A stretch of DNA of 64,000 nt from a bacterium. GTDB lineage: Bacteria > SM23-31. How positions within the stretch are numbered: position 1 is the stretch's first letter; each line of letters opens with the position of its first letter. The stretch lies in the NCBI GenBank assembly GCA_965249485.1, contig OZ252239.1, positions 1,248,001 to 1,312,000 on the forward strand, written 5' to 3'. The notes under the pieces were generated by a model, which ran no database searches, was not told the DNA's origin, and saw only the letters and a list, made by a program, of their open reading frames with translations. Below are positions 20,201 to 30,289 of the stretch, piece by piece. The translations under genes and the position numbers were made by a program.

Positions 20201-23200
20201 AGTTCCTCAGTGTCGTTGGTGTTAATACCTCCAAAATATTGGCCATCGAACAATCCTTTAGAATTTAGAAAATAATCTGTCAAGGAATATTCAGGAATAC
20301 CCTGGATGGTAGGTGTTGCTCCGATATTGGTTCCATTTTCCCCTGCGCCAAGTACAGGGGAATTCAATGCGGGAACAAATTCCCCATGGAATAGTGGATC
20401 CGACGAAATTTCGCCGGTTCCGAGAATGGGACTAAAGGTTCCGCCTTCATTGAGGCTGTAATTAGTGTTATTGTTATAGAGATCATTATGTGATATTTCG
20501 ACATTGCCGGTGCTGGATGAGTTAATCGCTTTGTCGTAGTTCATGATAATGTTATTCTTAATAGTTCCGCCTATTGAACCATTCGAAACAGCAATACCTA
20601 CTTTATCACCCACAAACGTATTGTGAGAAATGAGGACAATTGAATTTTGCGCCACACTAACGCTGACATATGAGTCATAATACGCGGATTGTAAGAATAT
20701 ATTGTTCTGTATGAAAATTGAATCTGCAGAACTGTGTACCAATATTCCCAAAAAGTTAGATGTATTAATAATAATATTATCTTCAATAATATTGTAGTAT
20801 CCTGTCACATTAATGCTATGACCACCGCCTTTTACTAAGACATCTTTTACCGTAATACTGTCTCCAATGACATTTACGGTAATTGCTGACGACCCCCCCG
20901 GAGTATGTGGTTCTATCGTTACGGAATCTGCGGAAAGACCTTTCAATACCATTCTATTTTTATCAAGTGTCAGAATTTCTTCATATATACCTGTGTCTAC
21001 GAAGAGTGTATCACCTGGATTGATTACCTGATATCCGCGATTAATTGTGAGGTATGGATTAAACTCAGTTCCATCAACGGTATCGTCATCTCCGGATTTT
21101 GATACGTAAACAGTCCCGAATATCTTCGGTTGGATCGAATATCCCTGTCCAGCCAGAGAAACAACGATCGATGTATCTGCTGTAGATACAATGATCGAAT
21201 CGGAGTAGGCTGAGTCAGCAGTAGGAGAAAAGGTAATAGTCACCACAGCACTATCGAGAGAGAGGACTGTAATTGCAGATGAATCCAAATCAAATGGATT
21301 GCTGGGACTACTTAATGCAACCTCTATAGAATCACTGCTGCTGTTTTGAATTGTGAAGGAAAGGGTATCGCTATCACCGACAAGCACACTGTCAAAATTA
21401 AGTGACGTTGTGAGGATAGTGATGCTGTCCGGCATTTGCTCAATCACACTCACAACGAATGAACTGTCTGTAACTCCACCCCGCCGGTCATACAGCTGCA
21501 GCCTAATAGTACTGTCGCCTATATGATCTTCCTGAGGAGTGAATGAGATAATACCTGCGAGGGAATCAACCGATACATTATAAGGTGATAAGGGATTTGC
21601 CCACTCCTCGAGTACAGTATAGGTTAGCTCGTCACCATCCGGATCCCACGCATGTATCTGACGGGTAAATGGCTGTCCGACCACCGCAACCGTATCAGTC
21701 AAGGATACAAACTCCGGTGGTCCTGTTATTGGTGGAATCGGCGATAATTGTCAGGGTAAATATATTTGAAGCTACAGAACTTTGACCGTCTGAAACCCGC
21801 ACACTAACATAATTCAGCCCAAAATCGCCGTACGTGACATGCGAATATGAAATCAAACCTGTTAAGGAATCGATTACCATAGACCACAGCGAGCCCCCAT
21901 TGAAAGTCAGAGAATATTCTAAGGAGTCCCCGTCTGCATCCAATGCATACACCTGACGTGTAAATGGTTGTCCAGCTATTATCGTTGTGTCGGTCAGTGC
22001 GGTAATTACCGGTATACTGTTTATACTATCCGCAATAACATCAATAGTCGTTACAAGTGAATCAGTAAGCCCGCCTGAATCGGTAACTTTGATCGAAACG
22101 GGTATGTCGATACCAACATCTTCTGTACCTGGTGTTCCTGAGAGTTCACCGGATATATTGATTGACAACCAAGAGGGATTAATAATTCCAGGTGACCATA
22201 CTGGAGAATGTTCATCAGCAGGATTATTAGTTAATCTGGTTTGATTTGATCCGTCTGCATCCATGACATAGATCGCAGCATCACCTTCTCTGAATGAACT
22301 GAACACGATCTTGGAGCCATCAGGAGACCAGGTGGGGTCAGCATCATCAAGGGGACTATTTGTCAATCTGATTTGATTGGAACCATCTGCATCCATAACA
22401 TAGATTTCGAAGTCACCATCTCTATTTGAAATAAAGGCAACCTTATTTATCGATTGTGATGTCAATTCATAAGTCAACACATCACCCATATCCGGGTCGG
22501 TCGCCTCAACAGTGTGGGAATAGAGCTGCCCTTCATACGCATCGGGCAGCGAGGTTGTAACAATCTGTGGTGGTTGGTTATCGCTCAGTACATTAATAGC
22601 AGTGGCAAGTGAATCTGATGAGCCCGTGCTGGAATCCAAAACCGATAGAGTAATTGGAATATTCGTTCCGGCATGTTCAGATGATGGAGTTCCTTGAAGA
22701 ATACCCAATGAATCAATACGATACATAGAGAGCCACTCCGGCTTTGTCGTCAGATTAAACCCTATTGAATCGACATTTTCATAACCAACCGCATATACCG
22801 TATCGCTATAAAATTCTCCGACAACAGCATCCTTGAGAGATGTTGTGAGGATAGTGATACTGTCCGGTTCCTGTTCTATGACACTTACGACGAATGTACT
22901 ATCAACAACACCACCCCGCCGGTCATACAGCTGCAGCCTAATAGTACTGTCACCTATATGAGATTCCTGAGGAGTGACTGAGATAATACCTGTGAGGGAA
23001 TCAACCGATATAATGTAATATTGTATAGGACTTGGCCACTCGTAGAGTACAGAATAGGTTAGCTCGTCTCCATCCGGATCCCATGCGTGTATCTGACGGG
23101 TAAACGGCTGCCCGACAACCGCAACGGTATCCGTTAAGGATAAAAACTCCGGTGGTCCTGTATTGGTGGAATCGGCGATAATTGTCAGGGTAAATGTGTT

Positions 23201-24787
23201 TGAGAATACTGTACTTTGACCGTCGGACACTATCACTCGTACAGAATTCTGCCCTAAATCGAGGTACGAGACGTGTGAATATGAAATCAGACCTGTTGAT
23301 GAATCGATTTCCATACTAATTGGTCTGTCCCAAAGATTATCCAGGGAGAAAATTAATGAGTCTCCATCTGCATCCGATGCATACACCTGCCGTGTAAAGG
23401 GTTGTCCGGCAACTATCGTCGTGTCGGTCAGGGCGGTAATTACCGGTGCTTTATTGGGACTCTCAAGTCCTTCAATAGTCAACTCGAAAACTGTATCTGT
23501 TGCGTCGTGACTACTATTTGATGTAACACCACTAATTAGGTATACTTTACCATCAACAACTTCACTTGAAGAAGCATTGCGTCTTATAGGAATATCCGGA
23601 ATTTAAATTGAAGTTTCCAACACAGGACTGTATGCTTCTACCAGAGTTGATCCACCGTCATCACCAATCAAGTAAATTAGATCGTTAACGATAACTGCGT
23701 TATGATTATTTCTTGGTTGTTGCATAGGGCCGGCAGTGGTCCAACTATCATTTACAGGATCGTAAATTATTACGGAAGATAGTTTCTGATACGGACTTGT
23801 AACACCTCCAAAAATCCAAATTTTGCCATTATATACAGTAGCAGCAGCATCGGCCCTCGGCTCTGGCATATCACTTTTTGATACCCATGAATCAATAATC
23901 GGATCATATTCATATACAGATGAATACACGGTAGGACCATTATTTCCGCCAAAAACATATAATTTATTATTGATTCCAATTACAGCCATATCAACTAAAG
24001 ACATAGGTAAAGATGATTTTGTCGTCCAGGTATTCGAATCCGGATTATATACGTCTAAACGTGATACAGTAGTTGTTTGTGAATATCCAGCTACAAGATA
24101 GAACAGACTATCAACTGCCGTGCCATAAGCCATTCTGCGTTGAACAGGTATGTTTGCTTTTGTCGTCCATTGATCTGTTAAGGGATCATATTCTTCTAAA
24201 ACATAATCCTCTCTAACTAAGTCTTCACCACCTGCAATATATATTTTGTTATTGATTACACCAGAAGCAGTGTTCCATCTTCCAGGTGTCATTGCAGCTT
24301 TAGCATTCCACTCGTATCCATATTCACCTGCGTATCCTTGAATTATACTTTTAAAAGTAGTAGAAAAGTTATTTAAAATAATGTTCAGCGTATCACTGTA
24401 AAATTGCTGCACTTCAGGCGAAAACGAAATTGTAATGTTCAATTTTTTATTAGTGCTATCACCAACAAAATATGACGACATTACACTTGGTTCAATTATT
24501 GAAAAATATTCTCCTGAACTTAAGTAGAGGGAATCGATTTCTAAAGAATCGAGCGGATCCGTTGTATTGATAAATGTGGAGTCAGTAAATATAATTGCGG
24601 TATCAGAACTAAAATATATATCAAATGACCGAGATCTTGTGTCATTGAATGGGGCATATAAATGTTGAAGTGTTATAACAGAACCAGAATCCGCATTTAA
24701 TGCTACTGCTGATATTGAAGTCGAACCATTTAAAGCATCAAAATTGTCTGAGGAAAATACAATCGCAGGAAAAAGACACGAAAACAA
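17296..24787 (-). pseudogene. Disrupted ~2,500-aa multidomain surface protein (Kelch propeller, He_PIG/cadherin-like Ig repeats, PD40 blades, ASH-like Ig, DUF1565-like/beta-helix, FlgD-Ig/T9SS-type CTD), split into ORFs 23603-24787, 21695-23482 and 17296-21702
   Basis: ORF1 and ORF2 are in the same frame, separated by a single TAA (23603-23605) inside a Kelch blade. ORF2 and ORF3 are separated by one extra base at 21726/21727 relative to an intact internal repeat copy. C-terminus LRQNYPNPFNPTTTI...GSGVYFYVL...KMLFIK. Confidence 0.8.
21407..23447 (-). repeat. ~606-bp intragenic direct repeat (21407-22013 and 22842-23447), two Ig-like domains per copy
   Basis: Both copies encode [27 protein letters not shown]...[20 protein letters not shown]...[11 protein letters not shown]. 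The offset changes from 1434 to 1435 across the frameshift. Confidence 0.9.
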
Positions 24788-25001
24788 AGTAACACGTTTC
24801 GTGGTAACCCCTATAACGGTAGTTTTTCTATTACTTCGATAAAAGTATTAACCACACATGTCAGACTTCGATTCGCATTCCATTAATTTTTGGCAGGTTT
24901 ACACAGAAGTGTCTAAGATTTGTTCACAAATTAATGGGCGTTCTGTTTTTGGCGAAGAATATTGATTGTATTACAATATATAACATTTATTTTAAGAATG
25001 C

Positions 25002-25017
25002 TGTGACGGGCATCACA
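25002..25017. promoter_or_regulatory. CRP/FNR-family box
   Basis: TGTGA-cgggca-TCACA, a perfect TGTGA-N6-TCACA. Confidence 0.7.
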
Positions 25018-25046
25018 AATAGTGAAATATGCAACAATTTTTTGTG

Positions 25047-25072
25047 AATTTTGTGACGTGCGTCACAAAATT
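25047..25072. promoter_or_regulatory. CRP/FNR-family box with extended symmetry
   Basis: AATTTTGTGACG-tg-CGTCACAAAATT (12-2-12 perfect inverted repeat; core TGTGA-N6-TCACA at 25052-25067). Confidence 0.75.
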
Positions 25073-25278
25073 ATGGTTAAGAATCGACTAATGCAGTAAA
25101 TTATTGAAAATGAACAGTTGTCCGGAACAGTATGGAATATAATTCGAACAAATCACTGAGGAAGGTGTCCATCTTACCGTTGTCTTTCGGTGAATTGTTC
25201 CGTACATTGGATCCAAAAGGTACTAACATCAGTTTATTCATTAGTAAGTAGAAATGACGAGATAGAATTAGCGAATCA

Positions 25279-27468
25279 ATGGTGGTTTGTATCGAATATG
25301 AAAACACAACATCTTTTGCATCATATGCTGCGAAGCTGACCGGCAAAACCAGGGAACAGTTTGATGCAGTGGTCACCTATTCCGAGTCAGTTCGGATACT
25401 GCTCCGTAATGATAACAGGGTCTTAACAACCGGGCAGATTGATCAATTTGTTTCAATCCTCAATGAACTGCATCTGGATAATGCTGCAATTGCTGCGGGA
25501 TTGCTCCATGACCTGCATAAATTCCCCGAATTGATGAAAGCCATTAAAAAGAATTTTGATGATGAAATTTATAACCTCGTCTCAGAATATGGCAGAGTCA
25601 GCGTCCTGGCAAAACAGGCAAAAGAGAATGAAGGGGAAGACAACTACATCAGGCTTGTATTTTCCACGGCAAACGATTTCCGCGTAATCATGATGCTGAT
25701 CGCAAACCGGTATGTCTGGATTCTCAATTACAGTCTCCTGCCTGAAAAAGTGCAGATTGTCCAGGCAGAAAGGGTCATAGCTTTTTATGCACCGCTTGCA
25801 CACCGGCTCGGTTTTTTTAAATTCAAGACTACGATGGAAAATATCGCATTTAAAATTCTCTATCCCGATCTCTATGACGAGTTAACCGAGCAAGTATCGG
25901 ATAGACGAGATCAATTAGATAAATATCTCGAAAAAGCGGTCGCTCAAATCGGTCATGAACTTGAGCGGTACAATATCAAAGCAGACTTATCGAGCAGAAC
26001 AAAAAACGTAATGAGCGTCCACAGAAAAATGACATTGACCGGCCGTCCTTTTCAGAAAATTTACGATCTTCTGGCAATACGGGCAATTGTGCAATCAGTA
26101 TCAGACTGTTATAAAGTACTTGCAGTTGGCCAGCAGCTCTACAAGCCGATTCTTGAAGAATTTGATGACTATATCCAGCGTCCGAAAACGAACGGTTACC
26201 GGTCTCTCCATGTGCTGCTCGAAGATTCGGGAAAATGGAAGTTTGAACTCCAGATACGCACCGAAGAGATGCATAGAACATCGGAAATGGGTGTTGCCGC
26301 CCACTGGAACTATAAAGAAGGGAATGATCAAAGTACTACCGATGCGATTTTTCAGATGTTCAGAGAACAAACGACCGACCCGGAACATGGGATCGATTCA
26401 AAAGCATTTAGCAATTTTTACCAATTTCATGAAATAAAAAGCGAAATCTTTGTATTTACTCCGAAAGGCGATCTTAAACGGCTACCGAAGGGATCGACGC
26501 CGATAGATTTTGCTTTTGCAGTCCATAAGGACATCGGAATACGATGCTCGGGAGCAAAAGTGAACGGCCACATTGTGTCTTTTAATACCGAGTTACAAAA
26601 CGGAGACAGTGTTGAGGTCATGACTGCACATAAACCGGTTGTCAATTCCGACTGGTCAAATTATGCACATACACAAAAAGCAAAAAGTGAAATACGTCGA
26701 TGGCTCCGAGATCAGATGCGTTTGCACAGTATCAAACTGGGAGAAGAGATTCTTGCCCGTACGTTCAGAAAGAAAAAAATATCTGAGAAACATGACAGTC
26801 TGGCAAAGATGTGTAAATCACTCAATTTTGCTACCGTTGATGACCTGTATAACGCAGTGGGATCAGGAAATGTATCGGCTCATTCGGCAATGCAAAAACT
26901 TTTTAACAACAGAGCAAAGAGCGGCAATGGCAAATCGACCATTGAAGAGAAAGTATCTTCGGAACGAAAATACTCAAAAGGATTGAAAGTCGGTGGAATC
27001 GATAGTTTGATGATCAATTTTGGCAAATGCTGCATGCCGCTGCCCGGTGATCCTATTCTGGGTTATATAACCCGTGGAAAAGGGGTAACTGTCCACAGAA
27101 TGACCTGTAAAAACATTAGGCAGTTACATCTTGAACCGGAGCGTGAAATAATTGTGGATTGGGAGCTTGAAGCGGATAAACTTTTTCCCGCCGGACTGAA
27201 AGTGTCTTTAACGAAAAGCGACTCTTTCATAAAAAATATAACACCGATATTTGGAAACCGCTCTATCAATTTACTCAACTATCAGCTGGTTCGAGAATCA
27301 GATCATGATTATTGTATATTAGTTGTTGAAATTCCTCATCTAGACGATTTGCAAAGAGTTATAAAAAAATTGAACAACCAGAAAGCAGTGCGAAATGTAA
27401 TCCGCTTAAACTACTCCGAGTACAAACAACTGTTGAGGTCGGCTCCCATTGTACTGGGAATAAAGTGA
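25279..27468 (+). CDS. Long RelA/SpoT homologue, hydrolase-degenerate (RelA-like (p)ppGpp synthetase)
   Basis: Synthetase motifs SRTKNVMSVHRKM, IYDLLAIR, EFDDYIQRPKTNGYRSLH, ELQIRT, AAHWNYK; TGS, CC/ZFD and ACT-like tail present. HD region degenerate (LHDLHK, no R-x-SGEPY, ANRYVW in place of ADRLHN). Confidence 0.92.
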   Translation: MVVCIEYENTTSFASYAAKLTGKTREQFDAVVTYSESVRILLRNDNRVLTTGQIDQFVSILNELHLDNAAIAAGLLHDLHKFPELMKAIKKNFDDEIYNLVSEYGRVSVLAKQAKENEGEDNYIRLVFSTANDFRVIMMLIANRYVWILNYSLLPEKVQIVQAERVIAFYAPLAHRLGFFKFKTTMENIAFKILYPDLYDELTEQVSDRRDQLDKYLEKAVAQIGHELERYNIKADLSSRTKNVMSVHRKMTLTGRPFQKIYDLLAIRAIVQSVSDCYKVLAVGQQLYKPILEEFDDYIQRPKTNGYRSLHVLLEDSGKWKFELQIRTEEMHRTSEMGVAAHWNYKEGNDQSTTDAIFQMFREQTTDPEHGIDSKAFSNFYQFHEIKSEIFVFTPKGDLKRLPKGSTPIDFAFAVHKDIGIRCSGAKVNGHIVSFNTELQNGDSVEVMTAHKPVVNSDWSNYAHTQKAKSEIRRWLRDQMRLHSIKLGEEILARTFRKKKISEKHDSLAKMCKSLNFATVDDLYNAVGSGNVSAHSAMQKLFNNRAKSGNGKSTIEEKVSSERKYSKGLKVGGIDSLMINFGKCCMPLPGDPILGYITRGKGVTVHRMTCKNIRQLHLEPEREIIVDWELEADKLFPAGLKVSLTKSDSFIKNITPIFGNRSINLLNYQLVRESDHDYCILVVEIPHLDDLQRVIKKLNNQKAVRNVIRLNYSEYKQLLRSAPIVLGIK

Positions 27469-27489
27469 ACCGCTGCGCAGCGGTTCACT
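27464..27489. other. Perfect 26-bp palindrome overlapping the stop codon of the first RSH
   Basis: agtgaaccgctgcgcagcggttcact equals its own reverse complement. Confidence 0.9.
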
Positions 27490-27527
27490 AAAAGTGTTGA
27501 GAAAAACATGTTAATATCATTGAACAA

Positions 27528-29663
27528 ATGAAGAAAACCTTTCAAAAAAAATATGACGTATTAGTCCGTACATTGGACTCGTATATTCCGAATGGGAACA
27601 GCCAATTGCTTGAAAAGGCATTTTGGTATGGATTTAAAGCGCACAAAGACCAGTTCCGAAGATCGGGAGAACCCTATTTCAGCCATTGTGTCGCTGCTGC
27701 GGAGATTCTGGCTGAGTTTAAAATGGATGTCACAACAATTATTGCCAGTTTACTACACGATACTGTTGAAGACACAGGGATATCGCTCTCGGAATTAAAA
27801 AGTGAATTCGGAAAAGATATAGCCCATCTTGTCGACGGTGTGACAAAAATCGGAGATCTGAAATTCCAAAAAACTGAATTAAAACAAGCAGAAAATTTCA
27901 AAAAAATTGTTCTTGCAATGGCGAAAGATATCCGGGTCATAATGATAAAATTTGCGGACAGACTGCATAATATGCAGACACTCCATTATCTGCCGGCTAA
28001 AAACAGGAAAAAGATCGCGCAGGAAACGCTCGATGTTTATGCCCCGCTTGCCCATCGCTTTGGTATGGCGAAACTTAGCTGGCAATTGGAAGACCTGTCG
28101 TTTAAATATGTCTACCCTCGAAAATATTCATATATCGAAAAAAAGATTTCGCAAAAGTGGGCTGACAGAATAGAACAGATTGAGAAAATGAAAAAACCGA
28201 TCTCAGAAAAACTGACATCTCTCAATTTGCCGTTCAAAATAGTCGGTCGACCAAAAAGTTACTACAGTATATACCAAAAAATGGTCGAACAGGGGATCCA
28301 CATTGATGATGTCTATGACCTCATTGCACTCAGAATTATCACAGATCAACAGCAGGACTGTTATCTCATCATGTATGCAATCCATTCACTTTACTCCCCT
28401 GCAAGTGACCAGATTAAGGATTATATTGCTACTCCAAAAAGCAATGGATACCGTTCACTTCACACAACGGTTAAAATTCCAGGTAGCGACTGGGTGGAAG
28501 TGCAAATACGTACATCTGATATGGATTACACAGATGAAATGGGAATCGCCGCTCATTGGAAGTATAAATCGAAATGGACAGCTATGGATGTAGACGATAA
28601 TATTGTGTGGGTGCAGCAGTTTGTGGATGGAAACACGGATGATACGGATGCAAGTGAGTTTATGCATTCATTTAAATTTGATCTTGTTAAGGATGAAGTA
28701 ATTGTTTTTACTCCAAAGGGCAGACTTATCAACTTACCGGTAAATTCAACACCGGTCGATTTCGCTTTTGAGGTTCATACCGAGATTGGTCTGCACTGTA
28801 TCGGCGCAAAAGTTAACTCACGGGTTGTCCCGCTCTACTCAGTACTGAAAAACGGAGATGAAGTAGAAATTCTCACTGTATCGAAACCAAATATTAAAGA
28901 GAATTGGACATCATTTGTTGTAACATCACGGGCACGGTCACATATTAATAAATGGCTGCGGGAGAATAAGAGGACACAATTTTTAGAGTTCGGGAAAAAA
29001 GTGCTTTCTGACGAATTGACTGCATTGAAAATAGCTCCGGATAAAATATTCAATGATGAAAATCTGATTAAAAAAACTGGTTATAACAGTCTGAATGCAC
29101 TACTCAAGGCAGTTGCAGGCCAAGACGTTTCAACGCAGGAAGTATTGAAACGCCTTGATGTGTATCAGGATGATAAAAAAATCAAAAAAACAGATAGGTC
29201 GGCACAATATTCCGAGGTAGCAAGCAGTGATACTGTAGTTTCAATTGGCGGAGATTATCCACTTGTCATCGAAATGTGTCCCTGCTGCACACCGATACCA
29301 TTTGACAAAACAATTGGCGTACAACAAAAGAGAAAAGGAGTTACCATACACAGACTCGACTGCTCAAAGCTACCCAAGGAACTATCTAAAAATGAGCAAT
29401 GGATTCATAGTTTGTGGGATAGTAACCAGTCACGACTTTATTCCGCATCGATTAAAATCAGCGCAGCAGACCGCAAACATCTTCTAAGAGATGTCATAAT
29501 GGTGATATCACGGCTCGATATCAATATAAATAGAGCATTTATCGAATCGCGTGATCTTTCCGCAATGTGTGAATTATCCATTGAAGTAAAAGATTCTGAA
29601 GAGCTTGAAACGGTAGTTGATGAGATTATGAAAGTCAGAGATGTTCAACGTGTCACGAGATAA
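27528..29663 (+). CDS. Long RelA/SpoT homologue with intact HD hydrolase (SpoT/Rel-like)
   Basis: AHKDQFRRSGEPYFSH, LLHDTVEDT, KFADRLHNM, GRPKSYYSIYQKM, QIKDYIATPKSNGYRSLH; TGS, CC and ACT domains. Confidence 0.95.
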   Translation: MKKTFQKKYDVLVRTLDSYIPNGNSQLLEKAFWYGFKAHKDQFRRSGEPYFSHCVAAAEILAEFKMDVTTIIASLLHDTVEDTGISLSELKSEFGKDIAHLVDGVTKIGDLKFQKTELKQAENFKKIVLAMAKDIRVIMIKFADRLHNMQTLHYLPAKNRKKIAQETLDVYAPLAHRFGMAKLSWQLEDLSFKYVYPRKYSYIEKKISQKWADRIEQIEKMKKPISEKLTSLNLPFKIVGRPKSYYSIYQKMVEQGIHIDDVYDLIALRIITDQQQDCYLIMYAIHSLYSPASDQIKDYIATPKSNGYRSLHTTVKIPGSDWVEVQIRTSDMDYTDEMGIAAHWKYKSKWTAMDVDDNIVWVQQFVDGNTDDTDASEFMHSFKFDLVKDEVIVFTPKGRLINLPVNSTPVDFAFEVHTEIGLHCIGAKVNSRVVPLYSVLKNGDEVEILTVSKPNIKENWTSFVVTSRARSHINKWLRENKRTQFLEFGKKVLSDELTALKIAPDKIFNDENLIKKTGYNSLNALLKAVAGQDVSTQEVLKRLDVYQDDKKIKKTDRSAQYSEVASSDTVVSIGGDYPLVIEMCPCCTPIPFDKTIGVQQKRKGVTIHRLDCSKLPKELSKNEQWIHSLWDSNQSRLYSASIKISAADRKHLLRDVIMVISRLDININRAFIESRDLSAMCELSIEVKDSEELETVVDEIMKVRDVQRVTR

Positions 29664-29903
29664 AATTACACGATTTATATTATTTAACTCAATTGACTCT
29701 TTGTTGGGCACGAGAAACATTTTATATCCTCATTTTATTTCAAAATATTATTTACTATTAAATAAATAAAGTACTTTTTACTTGCTTCTTTGTAAAAAAT
29801 CTTTAATATATCGGCTGTTGCATAAATGAAATATTATTAATATATTACCACGTTTTTTTTGCGCTTTTCATCCCACTAATTAATTCCGAAAAAGGGAGTT
29901 ATA

Positions 29904-30215
29904 ATGCATACGGTAACGAAAAAAGATGTTACAAAACGAACTGCACAACTCTTGAATGAAAAAATAGCCGATACCGAACTTGTTGTAGACGGTGTTTTTA
30001 ATACTCTACGAGATATCATGATAAATGCAAATCCTGAAGTCCGGATTGAAATCAGAGATTTCGGAGTGTTCGAAGTTCTAAAAACAAATCCGAAGCCAAA
30101 TGCCAGAAATCCCCGAACGGGTGAAAATATTTATGTTCCTGCCCGGAGAAAAACACATTTCAAAGCAGGGAAAATTCTCAAAACAATTTTAAAGAAACCG
30201 CTTGACGAGGAGTAA
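29904..30215 (+). CDS. HU/IHF-family DNA-binding protein
   Basis: RIEIRDFGVFEV, ARNPRTGENIYVPARRKTHFKAGKIL; GGGAG RBS. Confidence 0.95.
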   Translation: MHTVTKKDVTKRTAQLLNEKIADTELVVDGVFNTLRDIMINANPEVRIEIRDFGVFEVLKTNPKPNARNPRTGENIYVPARRKTHFKAGKILKTILKKPLDEE

Positions 30216-30230
30216 CACCGCTTTTAACTC

Positions 30231-30266
30231 GAGCCGTTAGAGAGAAGACTTTAACGGCTTTGTTGT
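30231..30266 (+). terminator. Possible terminator after HU/IHF
   Basis: gagccgttagag-agaaga-ctttaacggctt followed by tgttgt. Confidence 0.5.
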
Positions 30267-30289
30267 ATGTATACTTATTAGGAAGTACA

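Noticed and set aside
21720..21732. Programmed frameshift or phase-variable tract
   Set aside because: The extra base is not in a long homopolymer, a microsatellite or a recognisable slippery heptamer
23603..23605. Stop-codon reassignment or programmed readthrough of TAA
   Set aside because: TAA terminates many ordinary genes here (moxR, batA, gmk, coaBC), and the same gene also has a frameshift, so decay or error is simpler
25101..25376. 91-aa minus-strand ORF upstream of the RSH pair, as a possible toxin or leader peptide
   Set aside because: Overlaps the RSH start antisense, with no RBS or motif support
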